From Octopus sinensis (lineage: Eukaryota), in contig NC_042999.1 of assembly GCF_006345805.1 (NCBI RefSeq), positions 140,182,001 through 140,246,000 on the forward strand: DNA of 64,000 nt. The letters are read 5' to 3'. Made by a program: the position numbers and the translations under genes. Under the pieces are notes generated by a model, which worked only from the letters and a program-made list of their open reading frames with translations, was not told the origin of the DNA and searched no databases. This document shows, in pieces, positions 1-12,400 of this stretch; positions within the stretch are counted from its first letter, which is position 1; every line of letters begins with the position of its first letter.

Positions 1-1589
1 CAGATCCACTAATAACATATCAGTTTGATACTTTATGAAAATTTTAATTATGTATGATAATTTTGTTAAATCATCAAATTCTTTAGTGTTACCACTACTT
101 ACATTGGGATATTTTACCACTTACTGAACATAAAAATAAACTTGTCTTCTAAACATCTGCACTGAAACAAGACCAGAGGACAATTTAAACTTAGTAACAA
201 GCAGAACAATTATATAATGTCTTTAGGAAAAATATGAGCGTCATAGCTGCTCCTAATATTTGCTATTAATTATAGAGTTCAGCTTTGCTAACAGTTATGA
301 ATTCTAACTACTGACTGTATTTATAGCTAAGTGGATTGAACCAAAAATGTTTGACATAGTTCAGTATTAGTGTCAGAATATATCTTGATTCAGCAGCTAG
401 TTGCCAACATTCCCATTAACTCAACCAGAAATTATCAATACTGATCAAGCAGACCTATCATCGACAGTGCTCCAGCCATGACCATCCCATAGTTTTAATG
501 ATACCTAAGACTGCATTACGTATTCTGTCCTTTTTTTACTTAAGATAGTAGGGAGTGATTTGAGGGAGATTTGGCTGTTATTTCTTGGAACAGAAATGAC
601 CTAGAAGCTCCTTCATTGTTTTGTAGTCCAAAAGTGATTACATAATAAACTAGAAAACTCAAATGCATGTGTTCATTAAGCCTTTTATTTTCTTATCAAT
701 AATGCTTCTAATGCTCTCTGCATGACCTGATAAAATTATTCCAAATTATCCAGTGCTTATTGTCTGTTCTGTGTAGATCTGTCCAATCAGTTGATGGCTT
801 TGGTGACTTAGTGCCTCATTAGATCCTACCAACTTCTTTCATTTGTATCATTATTGGTTAGTCTTGTGGCTTATTCCTAATTAATTTTTTTTCTTTTTAC
901 TTGGACTTATAAAATCATTTCTCTTTTATCAAAAATTGGTCTTTTTTTCTTCTAGGTACTTTTTTGTCTTTTATATGTATGTGACAGTGATATTTAACTT
1001 AATAGGTGTCATTTTATATTTTATTATTTATTGTTTTACTTGAAACCTTTCTGACTAATTGTTTGTCTTAATAACTAATTGTCCCACCACCAATTATAAC
1101 TCTAATGATCAAAAGTATGCTATCATTTTGGGCTGTCACATATCATATGATCAAATGTGATTGGCTTCATCTGCATCTTGAGTCACCTCTAACAAGACTG
1201 ACTAATCAGTGTTACTAATGTATAAACCTACACATCAGGATGGGGATGAAAACAGAAGAGTGTTCAATTTGACATTGCTGGCGGTAGGACTAAACCTAAA
1301 GCCATGTTTGACAAACTTCTTAACCACACAATCATGCCTGCACCTATATAATGTAACACAAATACACACATATATAATTGGTTCTCAGTATTTTGGATGA
1401 AATGTGATGTAATATTTTGTTCCAGCTTCCTAGAAATATGGTGCCCCAGCATGGCCGTGGCCTTCAGGCTAAAACATTTTTAAGGATTTTAAGGAAATTG
1501 TATATAATGCTCAGATGGATTACTCATCAGAAAAGGTAGCCTAAAGTGCATGTGCAGTACTTAGAATAATGCACACAAAGTGGACAATG

Positions 1590-3175
1590 AATGAGGCATT
1601 TAAAAAAGAAAGGTGTAGGGGACATTAGGTGTACTGTTGGTGAATTTCAGGAAGTATGGAAGTTTTGAAAGATGAAGTGTCTTGACAGCTAACAACTGAT
1701 ACAGGTAGTTTATTCCATGCTTCAGTAACTCTGAGTGTGTAAAATGTTTCTGAAGGTTAGGAGTGCTGTGTTGTTTCGATTTTGTAAGCATATCTATAGG
1801 TGTTAGACATGGAATTCAAAAAGGTGCCCAAAGTTGTTGTTGGAAAGATGGTGGATAATTTTGTGAGTGTTTACCAAGTTAGTTGCTAGACACTGGAGCC
1901 TTAATGTGTCCATGCCCAAGGAGGCAGGACATTTATAGTATGGTAGATACCTGACAGTGGGTATTCATCTAGTTGCATGTTTCTGAACAGTTCCCAAGAG
2001 ATTGAGATGGTGATAAAGGTTCCAGAGTGGTGAAGCAAACTCTAAATATGGACACACCATAGCCATATATACTACTTTAAATAGATAGCTAGAGAGTAGC
2101 TGACAAAGGTATTACTGAGTGATGCTAAGACACCCACAGCTTTCTTAACAATTTTAAAGATGTGGTTTGTCCAATACAAATTGCTGTTGACAATAATACC
2201 CAGATCACATTCATTAGCAGACTTCTTAAGATTAATGTTGTAGAGGGAGTATTAAAAGTTGAGTTTTTCCTCCCAAAATGAATGGTGGTGCCTTGTCTAC
2301 AGCCAGCTTGAGTTGCTAGTTAGTAATCCATTGCCGCACTGTGTCCAGGTCTGATTGCAGGGAAGATCTGTAGCATATAGGACCTGTTCTTTTAATTTCA
2401 AGATACAACTTGGTGTTATGTGCATAGAACAGATTCCTGTGGTTGACTAGATGTCATCTCATAATGAAAGAGTGCTGTCCTAGAACATGACTACCTCTTT
2501 TCAACCAAAAATGAAGGGCTTCAACCAGTTATAGAGATCATCTTTCACACCTATTCCAGAGAGTTAGTTTTTCTATAAGTCCTTTGTGTAGCACACAACT
2601 GAAGATTTCAGCAAAGTTAAGATAGATAACATCCACCCATAAGCTACCATCAGTGATTCAGTTGATGTCTTCAAGAAACTCAATGTGTTGGCCACAGCAG
2701 CAGGAGGTTTGATATAAGTTCCAAATTGTGAAAGTCTAATAAGGCTGTGAGAGTTCCAGAGTGTTTCTCTGACACCAGACTCATCAGTTTGGCAATGCAG
2801 CTGATTGGACAATAGTTGACAGGTGATGTGCAATCACCCTTTTGACACTGGTGATTTTCCACTGCTCTGGAGTGACACAGTTATTAAGACAGAATTAGAA
2901 AAAGAATGAAAGCTGGTGTGAAAGAAAGAAGCCACCATGTTTGTGAAGCAGTAAAGTAACATGATCAAGACCAGGAAAGGCATAGTTGCCTTATTCTTGA
3001 AGAGGTGTCTCAGCATTGCAGGTATATATTTCACAGATGTTATAGAATTTGATGTCAGAGGTTGTAAAGATGGTACATTTGAATTTTCAACACTAAAAAT
3101 GCCAACATAACATTCAGCAATAAGTCCTATGCATTCTTTGTAATATGATCTGTGTGGGGATTGCAAATAGAGCCA
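1590..3175 (-). mobile_element. Degenerate CR1/L2-clade LINE, RT and C-terminal fragment
   Basis: Frameshifted translations resemble KGD..P.NYRPISLTSCIAKLMES and LY..LVRPHLEYASP.WN...LE.VQ..ATR. Confidence 0.8.
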
Positions 3176-3300
3176 ACTAGAGAGTGAGGTGTCTGCTTTG
3201 CATGTACATATTTCCAGAACACTTTGCTGTCAGTGTTGGTTACTATGCATTGTTCAAATTCAAACACATCCTTTTCATGTCACCTGCTCTTTTGAATTAG

Positions 3301-3568
<268 letters not shown>

Positions 3569-4697
3569 GAAATTGGTGGGTTGAGAGGGTGAGCACTTCA
3601 GACCATTACTGAAAGCATGGTACTTGCCAATACAAAATAATCCTCATTTGTATGTCACTGCTGTAGATATGTATGTGTGTATGTATGCCAATTGAGCTAA
3701 GATTTTTTCTTCATTATGGTCTACAAAGAGGTTTTCATAACTGTACTTTATATTCTGGAGTTTCCTTGACCTGTTTCTGGTTTCTTGTAAGATCCAGGTT
3801 ATCCCTGTTGAAGTAACTGGCTGTAGGCTCGAAAGACTCCAGAGTGTCGGGCCACTGGATCAAGTTAAATAAACTGTGTGTGTATTGTCATTATTTAACA
3901 CCTGTCTTCTATGCTGGCATGGGTTGGATGATTTGACAGGATCCAATAAGTTGGAGGACTGTCATGCTCCAGGTTCATAGCTTGATAGTTAGTGTTTGAC
4001 CCATGATTATAACATCATAAGTTCAATTCCTGAGCCAGGAATTGAAAGTATATACTGTGTCCTTGAGCAAGGTATTTCATTTCACATTACTCCAGTCTAT
4101 TCAGCTGAAAGTGAACACTTGTCTAGTACTGGTGCAGAGCCCTCTCTCCCTCAGGCTAGCACATCCTGTGTGTTCCCCTGGGTGAATGTGTTGGAGGACT
4201 GAGGGGGTGCTCATGTCTAATTGTGACTACATTGACACTTAATACAACTGGTGAAAGCATGGTACATGCTACAAGTTCACACATACCTACAAGTGACAAC
4301 TGCTGTTCATTATGTATATGAGTGAGGAAAGAAGTTAGAAGTTGGAAGATGGACAATTTTTATAGTTTGTGTTTTTTTACAAACTATAGCAGACTTGTTT
4401 CATTTTCCATTGTCTTTTTATCAGTGTATGTTATTAACATACTGTAATGATAACAAGATGGAACAAGGGTAGGTTGCCAAACTAAATGCTTTGCAACTTC
4501 AGTTGTAAGAGAAGATACTGAAAAGATTGTGTGTTTCTATGGATATATATATGTATATATATATATGTGTGTGTGTATACATATGAAATATCTATGTCTA
4601 TATGTGTATACATATAAAATGTGTATGTATATATGTGTATACATATAAAATGTCTATATGTGTATGTATATAAAATGTCTATGTCTATGTGTATATA

Positions 4698-4926
4698 AAG
4701 GTCATCATTGACTTACGACCAGAATTGGTTCCGACTGGCTGGTCATAAGTTGGCCTGTAGGTCTACATAGCTTTGTGTTATATTTTTGGGGTTAGTCAAA
4801 AATTAGACGGGTTAATTTCTAAGAAATTAAATCCATTAGATTTCAACTGGATTACTTATTATTGCTGCCGGGAACTGGTACCCCAATAGTCATAAAGTCA
4901 ATCGGTTGTAAGTTGACGACAACCTG
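4698..4926. mobile_element. pogo/Tigger-like (Tc1-mariner) MITE
   Basis: Imperfect ~23-bp TIRs (aaggtcatcattgacttacgacc / ggttgtaagttgacgacaacctg) flanked by TA on both sides. Confidence 0.7.
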
Positions 4927-4948
4927 TATATATATAAAATCTCTATGT

Positions 4949-4980
<32 letters not shown>

Positions 4981-5112
4981 TCTCCACCTCATAACACTTC
5001 GGACTTTTCTTGGACTGTTCCTTTCTGAAACATAAAGGACTTTCTCACTTCCCAAGTGTGTGTACTTACATAAAAGAGACCAAAGTGTATGTACACCGTC
5101 ATATGTGAACGC

Positions 5113-5575
5113 AAAACATCCAGACAGATGATACAAAAAAGGGACAAGAAAAAACAAGGATGGGTCATTTGGAGTTTTCTTTCTTCAGTCGAGTTCCAGA
5201 TTATCTTTGCAATTTTGGCTGGTTATACTCGAAATTGCTCCAATCTGGCCAGCCCCAAGGAAATACTAAGTTAAGAGCACTAGATTACTTGGAAGAAAGC
5301 AGTGAATGTATGTGAAAACAAGGACAGAAAAAAACCCCAGAGAAATGGTACACTAATACAAATGCAAATAACAGGACATTAACAACAGGTTTCTTCCAAC
5401 TAAGGACATATTAAATTAAGCAGACAGATAGATGATATGCCAGATTGGAGCAATCTCGAGTATAACCAGCCAAAATTGCAAAGAAAATCTGGCACTCGAC
5501 TGAGGAAAGAAAACTCCAAATGACCCATCCTTGTTTTTTCTTGTCCCTTTTTTGTATCATCTGTCTGGATGTTTT
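5113..5575. repeat. 137-bp inverted repeat pair with 189-bp spacer; possibly a Penelope-like inverted pLTR remnant
   Basis: 5113-5249 is the reverse complement of 5439-5575 with 4 mismatches; embedded between TA microsatellites. The family assignment is inference. Confidence 0.8.
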
Positions 5576-5589
5576 AGTCCCTTATATGT

Positions 5590-5764
5590 AAGAGTATTAT
5601 TTATATATATATATATAATATCTATGTCTATATGTATATTTATGTCTATATATCTATGTTTATGTATGTATATCCATGTGTATGGATGTACATGTTTGTA
5701 TACATGTATGTATATTTGTTTATATATGCAAGTTTGTATATATACATATGCATATGTGTGTGTG

Positions 5765-5825
<61 letters not shown>
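5590..5825. repeat. (TA)n/(TATG)n microsatellite
   Basis: Visible directly in sequence. Confidence 0.95.
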
Positions 5826-5826
<1 letters not shown>

Positions 5827-7187
5827 TAATGTGCATGTGTGTATCATCATTGTATGTCAGTTTTTCATGCTGGCATAGGGTGGTTGGGTCATCATTATCT
5901 GACTCACTTTCCATTGGAAATCACTGCTCCCAAACTCTCAGTGTTTATACATATTATTTTGTTTAATTTCTACAGTTGGATACCCTTCCTGTAACATCTA
6001 ACATTTCATAATCTTTACATGTGTTTCACTCGTGAATACTTGTGTGTTGTGTAGTAATCACCTTGAAACACTAGATCTTCAGAAGAAAATAGTAATTCAA
6101 CCCAGTTATTTACCAACCTCAGTTGGTAGACAGTGCTAAGTGAGAACTTTGTGTAAATTTAAGAGAATGTTCTATATATATCCATTAAGAAAAAGAAAGT
6201 TGTTATATTTATTTTATTAGAGAAGTAAAGATAGATAGAGGGAAGAGTGCACATATAAACCATTGTCTTATATGAGGAAATAAAGATGAATTGTGTATAT
6301 ATGCATATGGGTGCATATTTGGACTTACATACCTATTGTATATGTGTAGATGGATATGCTTAGATGTATGGCTGTATACATATGTTGGTGGGTGTAAGGG
6401 AATAAAAAGTTATAGATGTATATGGATGTGTCAGCATGTGTGTACAAGTATGTACAGTCCAACCTGTTTTTATCTACTACCAACTTCATAACTAACTTTT
6501 GATCCGCAATAGTTTAGGTGTTGAATTTTTCTTTTTTCCTTAGACATCCTGAACACAGCTATTAACCTGCCATCTTTCTCTATCTTTATTTCACCAATAA
6601 AATAAAAATAACTTCTCTTTTCTTAACAGCTATATATAGAATATTTTCTTAAATTTCCATGCAATTCTCATTTAGTACTGCCAACCAAGGCTGGTAAATA
6701 ATAATGGACTAAATGACTATTTTCTTCTGAAGATCTGGTGTTTCAAGGTGATTATGCCATCATCTACCTATTGATGACCACACAACATATTAATGTCCAC
6801 TAGTGAAACATTTGTAATGATTAAGTAATTTATGATGTTACAATAAAAAGATAAACTGAATCTGTTTTATTCTGCTCTTGGATATACACTCTTCAGATAT
6901 ATATAATACCAAATGAAAATCAGAAGACAATTATATGTAATATTTGATTGGAACATGGATATACACCAATTACCACGGAGTTCTAAGCAGTGGTTAACCA
7001 TTATGCTTTTTCATTCGAAATAGCAATTTTTCCATATATGTTTCTGATTTTAGATTAACTCATAAAAAAACAACACCTCCATATTCCCTTGGAGATGATA
7101 AAATAGCAAAAATTTACCAATATTGATGCATTGTTTGTTTATTTTGTGATAATATATAATATAGTTTGTTGCTTTCTTTTTATATAG

Positions 7188-7419
7188 GAACTCCAATTTT
7201 CTGTCATTCCGACAAACGACCAGTCAGCATGGTAGCCGACATGAAGTATCTCCAGACCCGACATTGGAGCAAGCTCATAGTGGTTCAAACACCACTAGCA
7301 CCAGTGGACGAAAACGATTGTGGCCGGCGCCACAGCCTTGTTACGTAGGATCAAAACTACAAGTACCTTGTAATGACAGACGACAGGTTGTATCTATGAC
7401 TCCAAATTTGATGCCATGA
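7188..7419 (+). CDS. Probable terminal coding exon of an unidentified plus-strand gene, convergent with SUPT20H (76 aa: NSNFLSFRQTT...GRKRLWPAPQPCYVGSKLQVPCNDRRQVVSMTPNLMP*)
   Basis: Strong acceptor (gctttctttttatatag|G); GC/CpG-richer island in AT-rich DNA; open to TGA at 7417-7419; about two-thirds of third positions are A/T; followed by UTR-like sequence. A second frame is also open for 52 codons, so the frame is not certain. Confidence 0.55.
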
Positions 7420-9254
7420 CCTAGTAAAATGAAAGCCTCCGCTTGCTTAAAACTCTGTCCTTCCAGTCAACAAAGCAGAGCCTCTTCCAAAATATATTTT
7501 CACTGTCTCAAATGGTTGAAGAAAAAGAGAGTGTAGATGAGAATATAATATTTTCAAAGCAAGCCAATGAAAATGGTTTCTGAGGTCCCCCCCTCTCTCT
7601 CTCTCTCTTTCTCTCTACTTTTTCTTTTTCTTTTTTATTTTTTCTGATGCAAATAACTCTTTAAAAAAAAAGAGGAAAAGAAAACTGTAGGGATCACAAA
7701 GCTTTCTATTTCCAATAGAAGGGAAACATTAAAAAAGAGGATTCATACTTAACAATGCAATGATATAAACTTGCTGAAATATGCAATGAGACTTCAAAAT
7801 ATCACCAGATTTTGAAACATACGCTGCCATTATTTTTAAGATTCTATTTAATTGATTCATATGCAATTTTTTTGTAAATATTCTTTCCCTTCTCCCCCAT
7901 TTCCAATGTTCTGTATTTAAACTGTGTTGTGCATATTCACTTGTACTTAAATGATTACATCAATGAAGGAGTGATTGTTATATATTTTTTCCCATTACAG
8001 AAATTTTCCCAGTCCCTCAACTATTCAAAAATAACATTGTGAAAAGAGAAAAGATGAAAAGACCTCCTCCTTTCTTACAAACACACTCGAACACTTCAGG
8101 CTAAATAATAACTTGTACAAAATGCCATTATTAAATAATGTTTGCAGTGGTACCTCTAAGTACCTTGGATTTAAATTATGGACTGAGTTAAATGCCTTTA
8201 ATAATAATAATAATAATGGTGCCAGCCTGCTATTTTGAAGCATGAAACGCCTGGTTAGCATCATTGTTCTGATTTGTCACTTTTTCGTCCAAAAAAGAAA
8301 AAAAGACATTTTTTTTTCTTCTGTTGAATAGTTTACAGCTGTTATGTGATGGTACACACCTTTATAAGGCAAAAGCAAAAAGAAAAGCAATTCATTCCCA
8401 TTCACTCTCACCCTTTTTTTTTTTTTTTACTGAGTCCTGATTATAGTTGTTGGCATTTTTAGTTTCAAATCGTACAGCTGAATTGCAAGGAAGATGCAGA
8501 GAAGTCACTACTCAACACAAGTTTATAGTGTTCAACAGATGAGGGATAAATCTCCCTCTTATTAATCTCCTGGTCTTATTAATGGAGAATTTATATTCTA
8601 TAATGCTACAACTCTTTACATCAGTGATTTAAACCCCATATAGTACCTTACAACTATTTAGGTTGGACTATGGAAAGTTAATTGCTTTGGTCATGGATAT
8701 AAATGTGCAATTGAATCTCTTTTATAGTTGTTTGGTACCATAACAAATAAGTGAAGAAGATATCCAAAATAAAATGTTAATTTGCTGCAGGTAACTTTTC
8801 TTGAAAGATTTGAGTACCTGATACACAACAGGTGCAATTAGGTCAAAGCAAATAGAATTGTCTTTCTTAGAAACATCTGAACACCTGAAGTTAAATTTGA
8901 ATTCATCATCTATGTCCTAGTGGTTTGATACCATATCTACACAGCCATTTCTGAAATTTTGATGAGAAGGGAACCAATTTTTGTCATCCTAAGGCAGCTA
9001 TGCACTTGGAAAGAAAAAAAAGTTCCTTCAAAAACTTTTTCATAAAAAAAGTTGTCAATTAATGACTTCCTTACATTAATGTGAAAGAATGTCTTTAAAA
9101 ACAATTTCACCTTTTTTTTTTTATATCTGACCTTAATGAAAACCGTTGTGATTTTTAGTTTTATATCCGAAACTCTTGCCCATGTTCCTAAATCTGTTAC
9201 GAACTACTCCCTCCCATTTTTAAATTTAAGAATCTTGTCTTTTAACATAATTAT

Positions 9255-9450
9255 GAAATGGCAGAAGTGGTACAGAGCTACAATTAACTTATCCCACTAT
9301 GTTTCTGAGTTCAAATCTCACTAGGGATAATTTTTATCTTTCAACCTTCTTGGGATGATAAAGTAAGTACCTAGCATGTACTGAGGTTGATTCAATCAAC
9401 TGTATCCCATCTCTTCAAATTTGTGGCCTTGTGCTATTGTAAAAAAAAAA
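9255..9450 (+). mobile_element. tRNA-derived SINE, family A (ggtggtgagctggcagaa... head; ctttcatcctttcggggtcgataaaataagtacc core)
   Basis: Similar to copies at 29702, 42378, 26988, 52467 and 53652. Confidence 0.7.
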
Positions 9451-12400
9451 AATCACTATTGAACAGAATATCTTGCATAATAAAGGTAAGCTCAGATTTG
9501 ATTTCAGGTTGTACTCACTTCTATTAATATCCTTCAGAAAAGGTATCAATATTATGCAATTTTATTTCTATAAATCTGAGGCCTTGTCTGTCTATGTAAG
9601 AAATCTTTACAGATTAAAAGCACCAAGGTGCAGCAGTAAGCTGAGACACTGCAAGTTTCTATCAGTTATATAGACATCCTAATGCACATGGGAAAAGCAT
9701 AAACACAACTCCTATGTATAATTCAAAAAATACTATAGGTTATAAATAAATGTTTATTCTGCATAACTTAAAATATCAGCCAAATCAACCCTCAAACAAA
9801 TCCCTTATAGCTTAAATGATAAAGCCTCGTGCTTTTGTGGTTTTTGAGTTTCACCATACTCACCATATTGAATTTCAGAGCAAAGACAATGCTTGTTCAT
9901 TAGCTTTTAATAATGGGTTTGAATCCTATTCAGATCCACTAAGCTAGACCTAATAAGGATAAATATTTATCTTGCATATTGGTACAATATTGTTTTTTTT
10001 TGCTTTTCACCAGAAAATCAAATAGGTTTCCCCAGTCTTTAAGACATCTAGAAATGTGAATAATGTGAAAAATAGAGTATTCAGAAAAATATGTCTACAA
10101 TGGATTTTCCTCTCTTGGTCCATGAGCTGGCTGTCCAATATCTTTTATGTCTGCTGTCATTTCATAGTATTTTCTACCTTCACTACCAATTTTCTTTGTC
10201 ATATAACTCCATCTTATTGTCATTTAATTATTAAAAATATGATTATCTTATCTTTTCCTTCCCCAGTACATCAAGAACTACATTAATGCATGTTTTTATT
10301 AGGAAAGACTTGGCTATTTTCATCAAGCCAAGCAACCATATAGAGGCTGATTTATTGTGTTGTTGTTGTGCTCTGGAGCTTATGTTGGGAAATGGCTCCT
10401 CATTTTGCAATGAGATAAAACAGGGCTTGTTCAACTCCATACTACGATTTTTGCCTAGCACTATAAACTAATAAGCACTTTTCAATCAAAACAGTAATCC
10501 TGTTATCTCCTGTTGTAAATTATGTCACTTCATAATATCTATTTGTCAGTGGGTGAACTGTATCATCATGATATAAGTATCTTTGCCTGCTGATAGTGTA
10601 GCACTAGAGACAGAATCTGAAACCCACAATCCTACAGCTTTGTCAGCTGCCAACACTTGAATAAAAAAAAAACATATATGGTGTGTAAATCACTATGTCA
10701 CACATTGAAGAAAACTTTATAGAACAATTAAGCTAGAGCCTATCATTAATTAATAAGCTATTCATTGTAAATGATCTATTTCTTTTAGGACAGTTGAATT
10801 ACAGAATCAGAAGGGTGCCAGGTTTAAACTTCTGACATTTATTTACATCCCTTTGTATTCCAAGTTTAAATCCTGTTGGGATTGGCTTTGCTTTTTCTAA
10901 ATATGCAAAAGTTGTCCTGGCATAAATTTGATCCATTTTCTGACTGTGACCCACTATGAGGGTTTCTATTGCATTAATAGAGAGATAAATGTTTAATTAG
11001 GACCCTAGCCTATCATATTTTTTCTCACAAGTCAGATTGAAACTAAAACTGCTGGCCAATGAATTGGTAGTCAGAATATGATTTGTTTGTTTTACATCCG
11101 TTTCTTCATGCCTGCATAGGTTGCTTGAATATGTTAAGGTATTGTCTTTCAGCCAGATACTCTTCTTGATCTTAACCTTTGTTTTTCAAGTAAGGGATCT
11201 TTTTTTTTGACATGGTTTTGAAAGCACAAAGTGACTGGACAATTTGTTGACAGGTTTGACAATACTGCCCGTCATACTTTTGTATAAACAACTGCAGATG
11301 TTAACAAAGAGGACAGCACACAGACATATATTTATTTACAACAATCTTTCAGTTTCTCTCTACCAAATTCACTCACAAGGTTTTGGTTGTCTATTAGAAG
11401 AAAGTTCAAGGTGCTATGCAATGGGACTGAAACCAAAAGCACATGGTTGGCATGTGAACTTCAGTATTTTTGACCCTCTTTATACCTGAGTTTAAATCCT
11501 GGCAAAGTTGGCCTTGCCTCTCATCCTTCCAGGTCAAAATAAGTCCTAGTGAAGTACTGGGGGCTGATTTAACCAATATCCTTCCCCCAAAGTATGTGGC
11601 ATTGTCCCTAAGTTTAAAATTAATCTACAAAGCTGCTGCTTACATCATATGCACCATATTGTAACATTTACTTTCAGCTTAGAAGACTCATTACTGAAAG
11701 CTGAGTTATACAATATTGGTGACAGGATATGAAACTACTGGCCCTTACTAGATTTTTAAATGTTTATGTAGTGTATTTTGTATGGGCAATGAAATAGACT
11801 AGTGAACCAAATGCATGTTGCATCTTACTCTTGTGTACAGGAGTTTGAATTGTGTATATTAATACTTTTGTTTGAGCACTGTAATATGTAAGCCATGAAC
11901 ACAATCTATCAAATGCTTGGGAATATTTCATACATCCAACAAGCTTTATAGCTCTACCCATCTGGTCTTCACTGTTAGGAAGCATGCTGCTTTAAAATAA
12001 ATGGTTCTCAATTTAAAATTAGTAGGGAATTTGTTATGGGAGATTTGGCTGCTGCTACATTGGGTAGATGTAACAACTTCCCACTGTTGGTTGCTTCTTT
12101 GCTGACTGCTCAATGAGGTACTTTTCTTTTATGTCTAACTGCAATGACAATCAGATGTTTTTTTTATAGTAAATATAACACTATCCAATTTCTCTCTGTA
12201 GCAGAGTAAACAGATAAAAAAAAAGAATAGATAAATGAAGTTTAAAAGCTTTAATTAGTCATCTTTAACAACCCATGTAATTCTTTTTCTTTACATCAAA
12301 CAGATCTGCATCATTTAAAAAGTTCATCATTCTTAGACATTCATAAAACACACTCACTCTGCTTCTTAAAAGATGTCAATGGAGCCCTAATTTCCTTTTT

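Noticed and set aside
5170-5530. CTGA(A/G)GA-aa-GAAA hammerhead-like string in both arms of the 137-bp inverted repeat
   Set aside because: No helix III or NUH cleavage site can be built after GAAA.
6055-6138. Possible upstream exon of the plus-strand gene (NHLETLDLQKKIVIQPSYLPTSVG)
   Set aside because: Weak donor options and no recognisable homology; unsupported.
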